Shown: positions 51,285 to 63,603 of the stretch, in pieces | Layout of the letters: every line of letters begins with the position of its first letter | Numbering within the stretch: the stretch's first letter is position 1 | Assembly: GCA_964247055.1 (NCBI GenBank) | Contig: OZ176053.1 | Span: forward strand, 5,270,001-5,334,000 | Source of the DNA: Paragordius varius | Lineage: Eukaryota > Animalia > Nematomorpha | DNA: 64,000 nucleotides | Direction of reading: 5' to 3' | The notes under the pieces: model-generated | Told to the model about the DNA's origin: nothing | Seen by the model: the letters and a program-made list of their open reading frames with translations, nothing else | The model's database searches: none | Made by a program: the position numbers and the translations under genes

Positions 51285-54200
51285 TCAACTATATTCTGAA
51301 TTTTTATTGATGCAAAAATTATTTGTAGATCCTTTCACCGATTTTAGCAAATCGAATTGGACCGTGTCCATACTAATATCCCAAATCATGAAACCACCAA
51401 TGTTTTTTTCTAAACATCCATATAGTATCTATATGTAATAAATTATGTGGAAAATATTAATGTTCCATATTTGTTAAATTATTGTTAATTGTAATGAACC
51501 AACTAACAATTTTACCCCACTTTTTTAAAAAATATTTGATAAATAAAGTATTAGGCTTAGGCATGTACCCCGACTCGATCACTTGTTTGATAAAATAATT
51601 TGATTTTAAAAAAACAAAAAATATATAATGTTTTAACACCTGGAATATTTAAATGTTATGGATTAATATGGTAATATTTGTGGTTTACATAAATTATAGA
51701 TTCTCACCACAATAGAATTTAATTTATGATGCATCGTTTGCTTTACAAAAAATTCCTAAAAATAATTTAGAAATCTCCAATATATTTTCGAAATTGTGTT
51801 CGACGAAGTTACCTTACGTCCAAGGCTTCTATAAGAATCATACGAAATCCAATCTCTATTTTTGTAGATAAAAGGCGCTTTACCATAATCATCCCATTTT
51901 GATTCCCATTCCTTTAGTGCCACAATCTAAAAAAATAAAAACAATCACTTAAATATGGTCAAGATTATGTATTTTTTTTCTTCAAAATATTGGTTAAATA
52001 GATAAAACAACCTCAAAATAGGCCAAATATCCCGGTTCTTTCGTAAAGGGCCCACTATAACATGTCGAATTCTTATCTACAGAGCTTCCAACTTCTGGTG
52101 TGGTAGAATTAGCTAATTTGAAAGAACGCCCATAAAATGGTAAACCGATATTAATTTTTTTTGGATCAATTCCCCTAACCAAGTAATTTCCTAATCCAGT
52201 TACCTAAAATGTATTTGTTTTGGCTAAAGCAGGAGTATCCAACACGCAGACCGCGAAAAATTTTAAAATTTAATTTTTAAAAATATGCCCATAATTCTTT
52301 GTAAAATTGATATTTTTCATACGATTTATCCAAAAAAGTCCATCCAATTGGCACGAAGTAGAGAAATGGATGTTATTTTATCTTTGAATTTTACAGATTT
52401 ATGTGTGAAATATATTAAATAAATAATTAATATGTCCATATCTCAAGCGAGTGCCGTCAGTTTTTTTGAGACTTAAATGTGGCCCGCGAAGCCATAGGTG
52501 TTGGACCCCCCTTTGCTAAAGTCTTCATATATACATAGTTTACCAAAGTATTTTAGTTACCAAATCATTTTTATCCGGGCTGTACATTGGAGAGTTGTGT
52601 CCAACTTCGTCATTCCAAGGACCATGAAAATCATAAGTCATCACATTAAATATATCAACGTATCTAGTTTTAAAAAAAATTAGTGACTTCAGTTAAAAAT
52701 GATTATATGATAGTTAATTTAACATCTTTGATTCGGTGTCAGTTTCTTAATCCATAAATGCTTTACTAAAAAAACATATATTGCATAAATCAATTTTCGA
52801 TACTCCTAGAATATATAGTAATAAAATTGTATAAAAATTTAAAAATATAATATAAATACCCATTGGTTTGGAATCGTCTATTTTATAAAAAAAAGTTCCG
52901 TTTGTAATCATAATATACTTATGATGTCAGACTGCAAAATCTCAAACAATATCGAAAAATGATTAAAAGGATAGAAATTGTCAAAATGTAAGGGGTGTTT
53001 TCGGTCAACTTATTACTATTTTGTAGATAAAATAATAATTTTAATAATTATAATAATTGAAATGATCTTTAAATAAGTTATTCGTGAAATTACATCCTTT
53101 CAAAGCATAAGCATATTTTTAAATTTTTATTCAATTACAATTATATACTTGTTAACTTCGTTTAAATCATATCCTTGTTCTAGATAATAGCTGGAAGCCG
53201 GTGTCGCAATCGAAAGTATGGAACTTTTATTTTGAGTTTTTATACTGATAGAAATAGCCTGGAACACATAAATGTAAACAAAGTGTTTAAGAAAGAATTT
53301 AATTGACGTAATTTTACAAATCCAATTTTGAAAGTTCATTTTTATGACAAGAGTGTGTAATAGGTATTCTTAAACCTTCAGCAATGATACAAAATCATTT
53401 TTTTGGTCAGCAGATGGATATTCCCAATCTAAATCAACACCATCCAAATTATATTTGATTAGTAATTCCCCAATATTATCAGCAAATCTACGCATTAACT
53501 GTTCACTTGAGCAAATGTCACTAAAAAAGCAATTAATAGTAATAATCCTTAATAAAACCGCATCTGGTTTTGATTTGAGGTAAAACCTTATTAATATTTT
53601 TTGAAATCACGATTCCGGCATTTAGCGTGTAGATCTGGTATTTTATATTAACACTCATTTCCAAGAATACAAAAAAAATTTTGATTACACATTTATTATT
53701 GACCAACACACTTGACATATCTATATTCCAATTTAAATTAAAAATATCTTGAAATATCAAAATACGGAAAATTCATATAAGGTTGTTAGAATGAAAAGAA
53801 TATTTTAATAAAAATATATATTTAAGGTTTGGAGGAATAAAAATTTAATTTAAAAACTATTTTTAAAATACTTGAAGGCAAGAGAGTAATTATTTCCGCC
53901 ACCAATGCTAACAACAACTTTGACCGTTGGAAATTTTATTTTGAATCGCTGCAACTCCATAAAATCTTCTAACATCAAAATAAAATAAATAATGAAATAT
54001 AAAAATAAAGTTTGGTTAAAGAATATTACACATTTTGCGCAAATAAAATTTTGAATTTATGTGTGTGCTATTAGGATTGAATTTTTTACCCGCTAAAAAA
54101 TCCGGTCTGACCTCTCATAAATGCTATCATCCTTGCCATTAATGTATGAAGGTTGATACTACACCCAGCCTTACTACTAATACTATAAAAATCAATTTTA

Positions 54201-56065
54201 ATCTTTTTTATAATAAAAGTTACAAGAGAAAATTTAACATTTTTTTGGGTAAATTTAAGACCATTATTTTATATTAATGATAATCATGATAAACATATAA
54301 AAAATTGATCATGAATGCGTTTAAACCGATCAGTCACAACCCTAGTAATATATACACATTTACAATTCAAATTCACCTTTAAACAATTCAAATTCATCCT
54401 TAAATAATTCAAATTCCCCTCAAATAAATTATATGTTATTTCAGAGAATTACCTATATTTTTATATATTTTTTAAAAATAAAATTTTGTTTTAAATTAAA
54501 AAAACTGAAAAAATAATAAACTATGACATACAGATATATTTTCTTTTAATAATGAGTTATATTAGTTCGAAAACACATAATTAATTAGGGTGAATTGGAA
54601 TTGTTCAAGGGTGAATTTGAATTGTTCAAAGGGGAATTTGAACTGTAAAGGGTATATGTAAAATATGTTTATACAGTATATTACTTAAAAAACCATTTGT
54701 CGATTATATTATTGAATTTTATTTATATAATTACATTTACACCTATGATTTCTGTATCAATCCTAATTGTCCCGTTAGATAGAGGTTCTAGAAAAGCATA
54801 ACTAAGATGTGTTATTAGGCGCCCGGGTATATCCATAATTTTCATATTGTAAGGAGAGGAACGGTATTTAGCCCATGACGCATAGTAAGGCCATATTCTT
54901 ACTGATTCTGTAATTTAATTATTTCATAAAAGTTACATTCCGTTTAAATATTCTATATCTGATGATTAATAGAAGTCTGAATTATTATATGCTATACACA
55001 ACAAATACGCAAAGTATTTATGGAACAAGCATTCGATTATCATTAGAAAAATACAGCTTATCATATATTACGGATAAACGCAGATCCACTTTCATGATAA
55101 TTGCCCCATATCGAAAAATCACAACTCACATTATGTTAAAATAAATTTTTCCAGAAGCTACAGACTTTAGAACAAGTTTTCTCAATTTATATTCTAATAA
55201 TACAAAAAAAGCATTACAATAAAATAATTTAATAGTGGGCGCATAAATTCACCATTAAAACCCGCTAAAGAGGTTTATAAAGATAAACACAAAAGAGATG
55301 AGATTGTGCAATAATAAATTTAACACATGTACATAATTTTTTAAAAAAATCTATCCATTCACCTTAAAATTTAAGTTGGACAACACATTTTATCTTAAAA
55401 CCTAAATTGAAGGCAAACGATTATAAAAATCTCAGGTGATTGATGTTAAAGAATAGAAAGATTATATAGCAAAATCGTTTTCATAACATCTTTTAGTGTA
55501 TACTTATAAAGTTTCCGTCATGCTACAGAATAGCATAAAATACGATTCAATAAATTTGTCAAAAATTAAATTTTTTAAAATATATTTAATCAAAAATAAC
55601 TGTTTTGATGTCATAAACTAGTTGTATTAATAATTGTCCCGCATCTCAGCATTGCGTTTATTTTAAGAAAACTAGCCCCTTTCAGCCGGGTCCCAAAATG
55701 TGAGACTTTTGGAAACCACCTATAAAAATTAGCTTCTGCCAAAAAAATTATCTAATATGTGCCAATTTTGTTTCGATATAGACACCAAAAATCATCATAG
55801 CCGATATAATTTCCATAATGAGTGGTAAGCCGGAGGATGGTGTTTACCATGAGATTTTAATAAGTTTACCGCTTTAGAATTAAGGAAAAAAGAAACTATA
55901 AATTTTTTTATTAAAGTGTGAACAAACATGGTGCGAAATAGAATTGTAATGAAAATTAAAAATTTCTTTTTTAAAGTCAAATTTATTAGGACATAAAAAT
56001 AAATACAGCATACCTGCCGCAACTATGAATAAAATCAAGGATATATGAATAATTTTTCCAAACAT
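51285..56065 (-). CDS. Secreted glycoside hydrolase family 18 chitinase (multi-exon, no CBM14 seen)
   Basis: Signal MFGKIIHISLILFIVAA; YYASWAKYR...ITHLSYAF; KVVVSIGG; intact catalytic LDGVDLDWEYP; VDIFNVMTYDFHGPW...GHNSPMY; KINIGLPFYGRSF; WISYDS; IGGFMIWDISMD; TGA at 51285-51287. Confidence 0.92.
52230..52513. mobile_element. hAT-like MITE in a chitinase intron
   Basis: Termini caggagtatccaacac / gtgttggacccccctt; flanks ggctaaag / tgctaaag (7 of 8 matching, TSD-like). Confidence 0.72.
54351..54656. mobile_element. Foldback-like MITE, family B, in a chitinase intron
   Basis: tatacacatttacaattcaaattcacc ... gaatttgaactgtaaagggtata; core matches 48823-49222. Confidence 0.82.
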
Positions 56066-56574
56066 TTTGAGCTGGATAAAAATTTAAATATATATAAAAT
56101 ATATATAAATGTACCAGCCTTGAAATGCATGCAACTTTACAATGTCAAGACTCTGTCCTATAGTAACAAGCACGATTTGATAATTTGCCTTTAGCCATGG
56201 TTGATAATGTTTTTTATAAAACACACAATTTACGGTTTTACTTTTTATAAAATATTTACAATGATAAATTACCATATTTGATATTTCATTAATTTTTGAT
56301 ATTTCGACAATGTTTTCAGGAAAAAGGTTTATTAAAATATTATATCGTAGGATATGTTTTTTGGTATATTATACTATTTTTAGTATTTGAGTTAGTCATA
56401 ATTGACTTAAAAAATACAGCATTTTAACGAAGATCATAGGAATTTTGATGCATAAAATAGATCTGTATATGCTCACCCACCTTATATGGTAGATTTCCAA
56501 TAAATATTATAGAAACAGATATTATGCTCAGATTAATCTCATAAATTTTTTGATGTTTAAAATGAGTTTAACGC

Positions 56575-57116
56575 ATACCATTTACAGTTTCCACCCTTGA
56601 ACAATTAAAATTCACCCTTGTTAAATTCAAATTTACCCTCGAACAATTCAAATTCACCCTAAAATAAATTATGTGTTTTTCTACGATTAAAATTTACCTT
56701 TATTTTTTAACACGTTGACGGACAGTAGGAACAAGCGAAGTTCGAAAATTGACACTATACGTGCATACTGAATCTGCAACTCGTATAACAGGTGAAATAT
56801 GAACTTCAACCTAAAGATGTTTTCAAAACACGACACTATGCTTCTACGTATACGTCAGTAAGTGCACATTTGTGCTGCTATAGCCGTAGTGTCTAAAAAC
56901 GACCGTTTCGTTTTGGACGGCTATAGCAGTCATGCCACATTGTGAACTTCGCTTTGACGGCTATAGCCGCAATTGTCCGTCAACGTGTTAATATTTTTAA
57001 AATGTAGAATTCTGTCTAAAATTAATATAATGATGATTTATATTAGCCCAAAACACATAATTTGTTTTTAGGGTTGAATTGTTCAAGGATTAAGGGCGAA
57101 TTTTAATTGTTGGTAT
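56575..57116. mobile_element. Foldback-like MITE, family B, interrupted by a TTAA MITE
   Basis: ataccatttacag...aaattcaccc repeats; the core resumes after 56991; decayed right end ...tggtata. Confidence 0.75.
56711..56987. mobile_element. piggyBac-like MITE (277 bp), nested
   Basis: Perfect 14-bp TIR cacgttgacggaca / tgtccgtcaacgtg, with TTAA on both sides (56707-56710 and 56988-56991). Confidence 0.9.
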
Positions 57117-57247
57117 ATTATGACAGGACGCGTTAGACCTGGTGTAATGTACAAATATATTTATTTTGAATGAAAAAATGTACACATTAGTCAACTCAAA
57201 TTATAAGATAATATAATTGTGGCTGGTAAAAATATTTATAAAGTTTT

Positions 57248-57691
57248 TCATAAACGGGTTTTGCGTTTTCTTTTTCTATTTTTTGTCACAGAACGTTTTA
57301 GTAATGATGCATTTTTCCTTTTGGACGACTTCGAGTGAGAAACATGCCTTTTTCTCTGGCTGCGTCTCTTTCGACTTTTTGATCTACTTTTGCGTTTAGT
57401 TTTTTTAGAACTCCTCTTATCCAAGGGTTCTTCTGATGAAGAACTTTGACTCATTGATGGTTGATAACGCTTTCGTTGAAAACCCCTTTTTGTCGCAGAT
57501 TTTGATTTACCTCTTCTACTCCTACTTCTACTTCGAGCACCTCTTCTAGCTCCGCATGACATTGTACTTGCTTTAGATCGTGACCAGCAATTAGTCCGGG
57601 GTCGAGCTCCTTTTCCATCCTTTAGTATTTGATGAGGATTTACTGTTTCCAACACTCTATAATCTGGGATATTGGAATTCATGAGATCCAT
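57248..57691 (-). CDS. Intronless Arg/Ser/Lys-rich basic protein (protamine-like candidate), 147 aa
   Basis: Continuous ORF with an ordinary N-terminal ~35 aa, then RSRSRSRR and KSRSKSRKRR blocks around a central SSSSEE. The family assignment rests on composition only. Confidence 0.65.
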   Translation of the reverse strand: MDLMNSNIPDYRVLETVNPHQILKDGKGARPRTNCWSRSKASTMSCGARRGARSRSRSRRGKSKSATKRGFQRKRYQPSMSQSSSSEEPLDKRSSKKTKRKSRSKSRKRRSQRKRHVSHSKSSKRKNASLLKRSVTKNRKRKRKTRL

Positions 57692-59042
57692 AGTAATAAA
57701 AGGTGAATTTCAATTATTAAAAAGAGGTTAAATTATTTTTGTATAAATGATTGTTAATTAATATTGTTTTTGATTAATAAAATTATATAAACAGATAAAA
57801 AAACCTTAGATTTATAGTGATTTAAATCTTAATATTCAAATTTGTTACGACAATAATGCTTAATTAACCAATTTTGGGGCATCATTAAATTTTTATATTG
57901 TTAAAACTAATTGGGTATAACTATGATATTGCACCATTGTAATGGTAAGTAAATGATGATGGTTTTTAATTTGTAAAATCAGTCTAGTAAAAATATAAAA
58001 ATTAGGACATGGCACACCTCTAAAACCCCATTTCTATTTATAATATAATGTTTTATATAACATATCATTTCCTAGCAGAGTGAGGAAAATGAAAAAAAAA
58101 TGATATTTGTTTTAAAATTGTATCAGCTATTCTCCTTTTACTTATGTGGACATTCACTGGTGCATAAAAATCATCAAGGCCAAATTTTAAAATATATATT
58201 TTTTAACTTCGCAACTAAATACCCCACCAAAAATAAATGCTTTACAAAAATATTTTTAAAATTTATTTAGCAAAATCTCAAGTCGCTGTTTTTAATACAA
58301 TTGATTACTTAATTAAAATATATAACTATATTAAATTTATTAATTGCGACTAAGCAAAAATATATGCTACTCTTGTTATGTTTATATACTAAGCATTTAT
58401 ATAGTTCCACAAAAATAATGAAAGGTTGTTTAAATTTTTATGTAAAGAGTACTATAACAATTATTTAAAGCTCGAGGTTTCTTGCACAGCTGTAATTAAG
58501 GCAAAAAAATTATTTTTTGGCTGATAAATAAGGGTTCCAATGTTGTATGTAAAAATAAAGGTGATAATTTTACCATCAAATTAAACAAGTCTGGGTGCGC
58601 CCTGTCTTTTTGTGGGGATCAACGGAATCTGAAAATGACTTTATCTCATATATCCATGGCATTGTAATTTAAAAATATTTTTGTAATATTTGTTAGGACA
58701 CGCAAATGTTGGTTTAACTATGTTTACCTTTTATTTTTTACTATAAATTAAGGATATTCTCTGTTTTCACCCCCAGGGTTAATAATATTTGGGATTTAAT
58801 CTGCGCAAACATTAATAGAACAAACTAGCCAATATAAATTGGTCATTACGTTTTTAGTAATATTTTTACCATTTTACATTTCATTTGTTTGATTACATAA
58901 GATTTGTTAAATTACTTTATTTTATTTATTGAACTATTTCCATAAACATTAACAATAATATCATAATAACAAACGGGAAAAACGACCGTTAGAAATATTT
59001 AGATAACAAAAACATTAAATGAATTGATCCAATTTTAATCAA

Positions 59043-59795
59043 TCAGTTATTATTGTTGGATCCCGTGTTAGGGTTATTCCCAGATCCACCACTGTTTGCT
59101 CCCGACGAGTTAGCATTGTTGGCCGGGCCAGATTTTTGGCCCGATCTATTAGAGTTGGCCCCTTTGCGTTTGTTGCGAGCCGCACGTTTTCCAGCTCCAC
59201 TTGAAGCATTTAATTTCGCCCCACGTCGTGAAGCAGCTGACTTCCCTCGTTTCCTGCCCGAGCCAGAAGTTGACCTATGGCGGCGAGAATGTTGACTTTT
59301 GCCACTTTTTCGACCACTTCTACTTCGACTCCTTCCACCTTTTCTTCGTCGGCGACCACCTCCATGACGGCTCGACACATCAGTCGAAGATTCCTCAGAG
59401 GAGGAACCTCCACTCTCTGCCCCACTGTGATGTCCGCGACGTCCCCTACGTCGACGACGTTTACCATGACCTGATTTGCTTGATGATCCGGCTGAGCGTT
59501 TAGCCTTGCGGCGTCGGCGACTAACACTCCGTCCTTTACGGCTCGAGGAACGCCCACGAGATCTTGATTTAGCTGAACGGCCAAGCTTGCCCGAAGCTTG
59601 TTGCAGAGCTGTAAAGGTTGTGTCGTTACGACTACAAATCTCATCATCATCATCATGTTCAAAAACGCTTAAATCGTGATCAATTTCATGCCGGCCTACT
59701 CCTTCTACATCTTGGAAAGATGTAATTCGATCGTTTTTCCTTGAAGTAGGAGGACCTGCATTTCGTTTGCTTTTATACAAGTTTTCTTGCCTCAT
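59043..59795 (-). CDS. Intronless Arg/Ser/Gly/Lys-rich basic protein (protamine-like precursor candidate), 250 aa
   Basis: A 753-bp ORF clearly more GC-rich than its flanks: acidic leader (EHDDDDE), Arg clusters (RRRRK, KRRRRRGRRG), RSRSRS, central SSSEESS and an N/S/G-rich tail. The family assignment rests on composition only. Confidence 0.75.
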   Translation of the reverse strand: MRQENLYKSKRNAGPPTSRKNDRITSFQDVEGVGRHEIDHDLSVFEHDDDDEICSRNDTTFTALQQASGKLGRSAKSRSRGRSSSRKGRSVSRRRRKAKRSAGSSSKSGHGKRRRRRGRRGHHSGAESGGSSSEESSTDVSSRHGGGRRRRKGGRSRSRSGRKSGKSQHSRRHRSTSGSGRKRGKSAASRRGAKLNASSGAGKRAARNKRKGANSNRSGQKSGPANNANSSGANSGGSGNNPNTGSNNNN

Positions 59796-61877
59796 ATTGA
59801 CAATTTTTAATAATATTTAATGTAATTTGTAAAAATGCTTTAAAATGTTTTCAGCAAATGATTGTTGATTTATAATGCATTATAAAGAATTAATTACGTA
59901 TATATTTACGCTTGATGTGCGTAATAATCATTTAGCAATAAATACTTGTGGCTTAATGAACAAAATAAAAACCAATTTAAATCAATCATTTTTTTGAAAT
60001 ATTTAGCAACACGTATTAAATAATTTGAAATGCAACATAAATAATATAACAGATTTCTGAGCATAATTAGTTTTAGTATTCTCTCTTATAAATTTCCCAT
60101 GAGGATCTCTTTTTAAAATCGTAAATATTTTAAATCCATTCATATAATTAGTTAAAAAAATTATAGAAAAATTGACAAGAGTGTTAAAAATTTAAGGTAT
60201 TTTCCCTACATGAGACCAATATAAATTTAATCCCTTTACACTGTATTTATAAAATTAAGAGTTGGCTAGTCAAGAGTTGTTCGTACCATCCTGATTAATC
60301 CCCTATTCATACATAAGTATTTTTAGACGCGAATTTAACTCAACATAATATTTCTTTCTAAGTAAAGTCCAGGATGAGTTGAAGTAATTAGGATTTTATA
60401 ATAAAAAAACCGATTTATTGGTTAGATGCTAATTAAAATTATTTTTAAACCATTATTATTATTATAATAATATGAGACAAATTATCTCAAAATTTTTCGC
60501 AGCACATTAATATAAGTAGAGAGAAAAAATTCTTATTGATTTATTTTTTGACAGTCACTAATACTAAAACCAATTTCACTTTCTTCCACAACACACATAA
60601 GAATTATGTCATGGTTTAGTCTGCCTTGGGCTATTCCCATATTAAGTACGTAGAACTCTCTTTTTTCCCCACAAGCACACAACTTATTGTAACAATCTAT
60701 TTTTTGGCAGTAATTGAAAAAATATGGTGTGGTCGCCATATTATAAATATCTGTATTCTCTTTAAAAAACGAACGAATTTTCCCAACTATCTAAACAAAC
60801 ACACATTGGTTATTAATGCTATTAAGGTCTAAGTGAATGGATGCAGAGGAGGAAATTGGAAAAATATTAGTATATCTCGTTTATTTTTTCTAAATGACAA
60901 CACCTATATACGAAACACGACGAGAGAATGATAGATTACATACAATGTTAAAATTTGATAAGAATAAGACAAATAGTCCACAAACTAGATTTAGGTTTTC
61001 ATTAAATGAAAAATTAGTGGCATAGAATTATAGGCTAAAAATCATTATTTAACATATGTTTCAAAGATTGGGGAGGTGCAATAAATCAATAATAATAATA
61101 ATTTTAATTTAAGTACTATATTTATTGGATAAAACCTTAATGACTAACTCTAAATATTTTAGTTTGTAGGCATCAAAGTTTATTGAAACTATCAATATAT
61201 TCCATGCATAAAACTTTAAAATTTATCAAAAAAATGCAGCATATAAAATCAATTTCTATCCTCTCAAGAACTAAAAAATGTATATGCGTGTATAGTTAAA
61301 TAAATATAATTTGAGGTTTCTTTTCCTAGAATGGCTCATATAGATTTGTTACACCATACGCCATAGATATATATACATTAAAAATAATTATATACAATTA
61401 CATAGTATGTATAAGTAGGTCCAAATTTATTATTTTTTCATAAGCGATGACAACATTGTTGATTCTCCCAAGACAGACAAAAAAGTGTGGAAAGACGACA
61501 ACCTTAGTTAATAAATATGCAGAAAATGGAACTTTGACCACAAAATATTACAGCACACAAGAATATATTTAGAATTTGTTTGGTGCTTCTACTTTCTACT
61601 ACCAAAAAATTGTGATGTATGAAAGTTTCCTTCCAGAGAATATATTTATTTTATCCATCGTTTTTTTTTCGCATTAAATGGTGACTAACTAACTAACTAA
61701 CTCCACCTATCCATAATTGTATTTAGACCTTTTTATTTCAACTGATATTTAATTAATTTTAAAAGAGTAAACTAATTCCTTACTTGTTATAAACATTTTT
61801 TACACTGACTAACATTCATAAACTTTTTATATTTTAAACTTAAAAAACTTTTGATTCATTTATCATATTAATGAAAT

Positions 61878-63603
61878 ATGCCACATGTTTGCAGACCGAG
61901 AAGAAAAATTAACATTGTATTCATATTCCTATGGCATTACTTCCTAACTAATTTGGTTGTTTCATTTGGTCATCAGCATACGTCTGGACCCTTAAATTCG
62001 TTTGAAAATGATTTATCATTCATTAACGGCTTCAATGAACTCAAAGGTACCGATTCCGTTCCTATTTGTCAAGATTATTCTCTGGTGTCACGAATTCAGA
62101 GGTGTTTAGGTAAGTTTATATTACTAAATTGCATAATTATACAGAGTCAATTAATTTACCCTTTAACAAAATTTTTTCTCCAATTTTTTCAAAAAATTTC
62201 GTAAATAAAACTTTTGCTCGACGCCTCAAACCCATTTATTGCCAATATAATTAGATTTCTTATGATTTAACGGCTAACTATATATTAAGATGTTTCTTAT
62301 ATCAAATAAAAATATATTCAATACTTTATACTGAAATCACTGATTACAAGTGCAATTTGTAAAAATTGATAAACAGTTTAAAAAATATATCTCAATGGCA
62401 TGTTATAGGTTAAATCCACTAAATTGCTTTTATCAGTATCTTAACTAGGACTATTGAGTGAACCTAACATTAGATATAAATATTTAAAAGGGACCACTCA
62501 AATAACGACTGTAATATGATTTAAAGGACTCTTTCTAATTTAAAAACTTTGTTAAATATTTTAATTAACTACAAATATTTAATTTGTACGATGTTGAAAG
62601 TAGTTTCAATGATAAAGTTTTTTTTAAATCTCATATAACCAATCTTTAATTTATGGCACATTTTCGTTTATTAATATCATGATAATTATATTTAAAATGC
62701 GAGATATTTAAGATTTTATGACAATATTTATATTAATAATAAATGGCTATTAATAACTTTAATAAAAATGTGACTGTAAAATATGATTTTAACACATATT
62801 TTTTTACATAAAAATCATTGGATAATAACTTGCGTTTTGTCAAATAATAATTTAGTTTTTTTTTAATTTCAGGTATACTAGGAGAGGTTGGGAGACTCAT
62901 TTTAAAGGGGCAATCCTCATATCACCTCAAATACACGTGCCACATATACGGGGATGGTTTAACATGCATGAATGCCATAACCAAAGATTGTCCTGACCTA
63001 ACACCCGGGGAAGATACAGATATTTTACTTAAAACATACAATCTATTTTGTTTCGTTAATCAATCTTTTGTGATCTCAAACTATGATGGCAGCTACATAA
63101 ACGCCGCCGCTTACAAATATATCCAGCCGCCGCCTTACTCGAAAAAACGGAATATAGGAGGATTAACATCACTCCAGGCCAATAAATTAATGGATATTGT
63201 TAAAGTTGAATCTCCCCTCCTGCAGGATGCATCCTTTGATGCGAATAAGCATCTGGCTTATAAGTCTGAATTCGTTGGTAAGAAACGGAAAGTAAATCAT
63301 CCTTATATAAATATCGCTTCTACAACTATAAGTGATGCTTACCTTGAATATGCGGCTTGTTACAAAAATCGACGTAAAGATATAATGAAATGTGCTAATC
63401 GATATACCCGTTATTATGACCAATTAATATATCATGACTATGATGGTCGTCAAATAGGTAAAATAGCACAACGCAAGAAATCCCATGCTTTTTGGGAACA
63501 TGGATTATCATATAACAATGAAAACGAAGCCAGTTACTATGGCTTTCCAATCATGTCATCCCTTAATTATAGAATACCTGATTCATCAAGTGAGGTAGTG
63601 TAA
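61878..63603 (+). CDS. Unassigned, probably secreted Cys-rich protein, ~320 aa (exons 61878-62109 and 62873-63603)
   Basis: Hydrophobic N-terminus (INIVFIFLWHYFLTNLVVS). A canonical G|gtaagt donor and tttcag|GT acceptor join in frame to the 211-aa ORF. Spaced cysteines: C..RCL..TC..LTC..DC..LFC and AACY..KC. Confidence 0.7.

Noticed and set aside
59053-59679. Several overlapping ORFs on both strands of the 250-aa basic ORF as overlapping genes
   Set aside because: They are expected by-products of a locally GC-rich, low-complexity coding sequence with few stop codons.
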